A stretch of 64,000 bases of DNA from assembly GCA_002104905.1 (NCBI GenBank), contig MCFE01000497.1, positions 1 through 64,000 on the forward strand, read 5' to 3'. Numbering within the stretch: the stretch's first letter is position 1; each line of letters starts with the position of its first letter. The translations under genes and the position numbers were made by a program. Below, one piece after another: positions 62,864 to 64,000 of the stretch. A model generated the notes under the pieces. That model did no database searches and had not been told where the DNA came from. It worked only from the letters and a program-made list of their open reading frames with translations. This DNA comes from Basidiobolus meristosporus CBS 931.73. Lineage: Eukaryota; Fungi; Basidiobolomycota.

Positions 62864-64000
62864 AGACTTGTTCCATCGTACCATGCCAGGGCGCGCGGCG
62901 CAATCCGCGGTTGCAAAGAACAATTGGGTGCAATATTATAGCTACCAGAAGGCAGGATTGTTCTTGGACAATTTCGCACTATGCGGGACAATCTTGCACA
63001 CTATGGCACAATCTGACACGATGAGGTTGGCGCGGATGATTGCGCCAACTTGTAATGCTTGCATCACGTGCGCGATTGGATACCGCTATAATGGCAGGTA
63101 AAATCCGGTATTTGGATATGTTTCTTTAATGTAAATGGAAATAAATGTGTATCACACTATAAACTACACTGATACTTACCATTTTGGTTACCCTCACTGC
63201 AATTGGGCGGTATCTCAGTGGTTAATTGGTCCAAAAGTATCCTGAAGCTGGCAGCCCCCAATTGGCTCATTGACTACTGAAAAAGCTACCTGATTTGCCA
63301 TCAAATATCCCATTTTGCCCATTGAGCAAGTAAATCCCTGATCCTAGTGATTGGGCAAGGTGTCATAGCTAGCATGCAAGCGATTGTGTAGGTGCAAAAC
63401 AGATCCAATAGCTGCACTGGTATTACAGATGACGTATATATATATGCAGGGTGTTTATTTATAGGGGTTCTGTCTCAAATGTGAGATGACCTTGATATTA
63501 CTTATATCAAAAATTTGATGATCACTGATTTGCGATGGCTTGATTCAGATTGCAAAAAAAAAGGGTTGTCAGGATCATTACAAATGTGAGCAATTCAAAG
63601 CGATCGCATCATCTTCTCCTGGGTTTTTTTCTCACAGGGATTACTACTGAAGCATTTGGTAGTGACTCACTTTGCAAACCTATACTACTTCCTGGCTGAC
63701 TATCATCTTGGCTACTTGTGTATTTGTAGTCAGTATTTTGCCTCCTAGTTGATGAGTGCAATGCTGCAGCTTGGCCGCGCTGAATCGCTCCAACTGAACC
63801 AACTGAACCGGCCTGTAGTGCCACGCGCTGACGCGTTCTTTTACTTGCCAAGGGCTCCGGTGGTTGAGTCACTTCATGTTGGTCATCATCAGTCAGTTCA
63901 CCAGAAGTAACTCGCTGATGGTCAGGCAAAACGGCATGCGCAGGCGTGCCTTGACGCGTTGAGATGGCCCTTGGCTGAGTTTGATGTGATGCCGCATGTT
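62864..64000 (-). mobile_element. Young PHIS copy (right end and partner-ORF C-terminus), continues beyond the window
   Basis: aat|agacttgttccatcgtacc end. 63609-63960 matches the C-terminus of 49467-50714 and retains CpGs lost in the other copies. Confidence 0.9.

Noticed and set aside
62861-62875. PHIS target in the Copia LTR (aat|ctacttgttc) resembles the element's TIR (agacttgttc)
   Set aside because: The other insertion sites show no such similarity, so one case is compatible with chance.
1-64000. tRNA, rRNA or prokaryotic features
   Set aside because: None recognised; the only tRNA-related sequences are retrotransposon primer-binding sites.

Overview
Eukaryotic, most likely fungal, DNA: short GT-AG introns with CTAAC/TACTAAC branch points. 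The only recognisable host gene lies at the left edge, a 12+-exon HAUS5 (augmin subunit 5)-like gene on the minus strand (start 2457, running off position 1) in CpG-rich sequence. From about 3.2 kb to the end the window is a CpG-depleted nest of transposable elements from five families. (1) Ty1/Copia with 349-bp LTRs and a tRNAiMet-anticodon PBS; a near-intact copy lies at 10465-15148. (2) An intact single-ORF Ty3/Gypsy with identical 368-bp LTRs and a 4-bp TSD (52353-57290), plus solo LTRs and decayed copies. (3) A 1071-bp LTR family, seen only as solo LTRs, whose four insertion sites all trace back to (C/G)CGG; one copy sits inverted inside another. (4) Many copies of a ~6-kb CMC/EnSpm (CACTA-like) transposon with CCCTA(C)G termini and two divergent genes. 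(5) A two-ORF PIF/Harbinger-group (PHIS) transposon with ANT targets whose partner ORF carries a SAP-like motif. The most unusual segment is ~0.9 kb (about 33370-34290) of compositionally foreign DNA between the arms of a CMC copy. It holds the 5' part of a highly divergent RNA polymerase largest-subunit (RPB1 region F/G-like) frame and a divergently oriented intact 169-aa ORF, and is best read as a captured large-DNA-virus fragment. All assignments are from reading the sequence by eye; no database searches were run.
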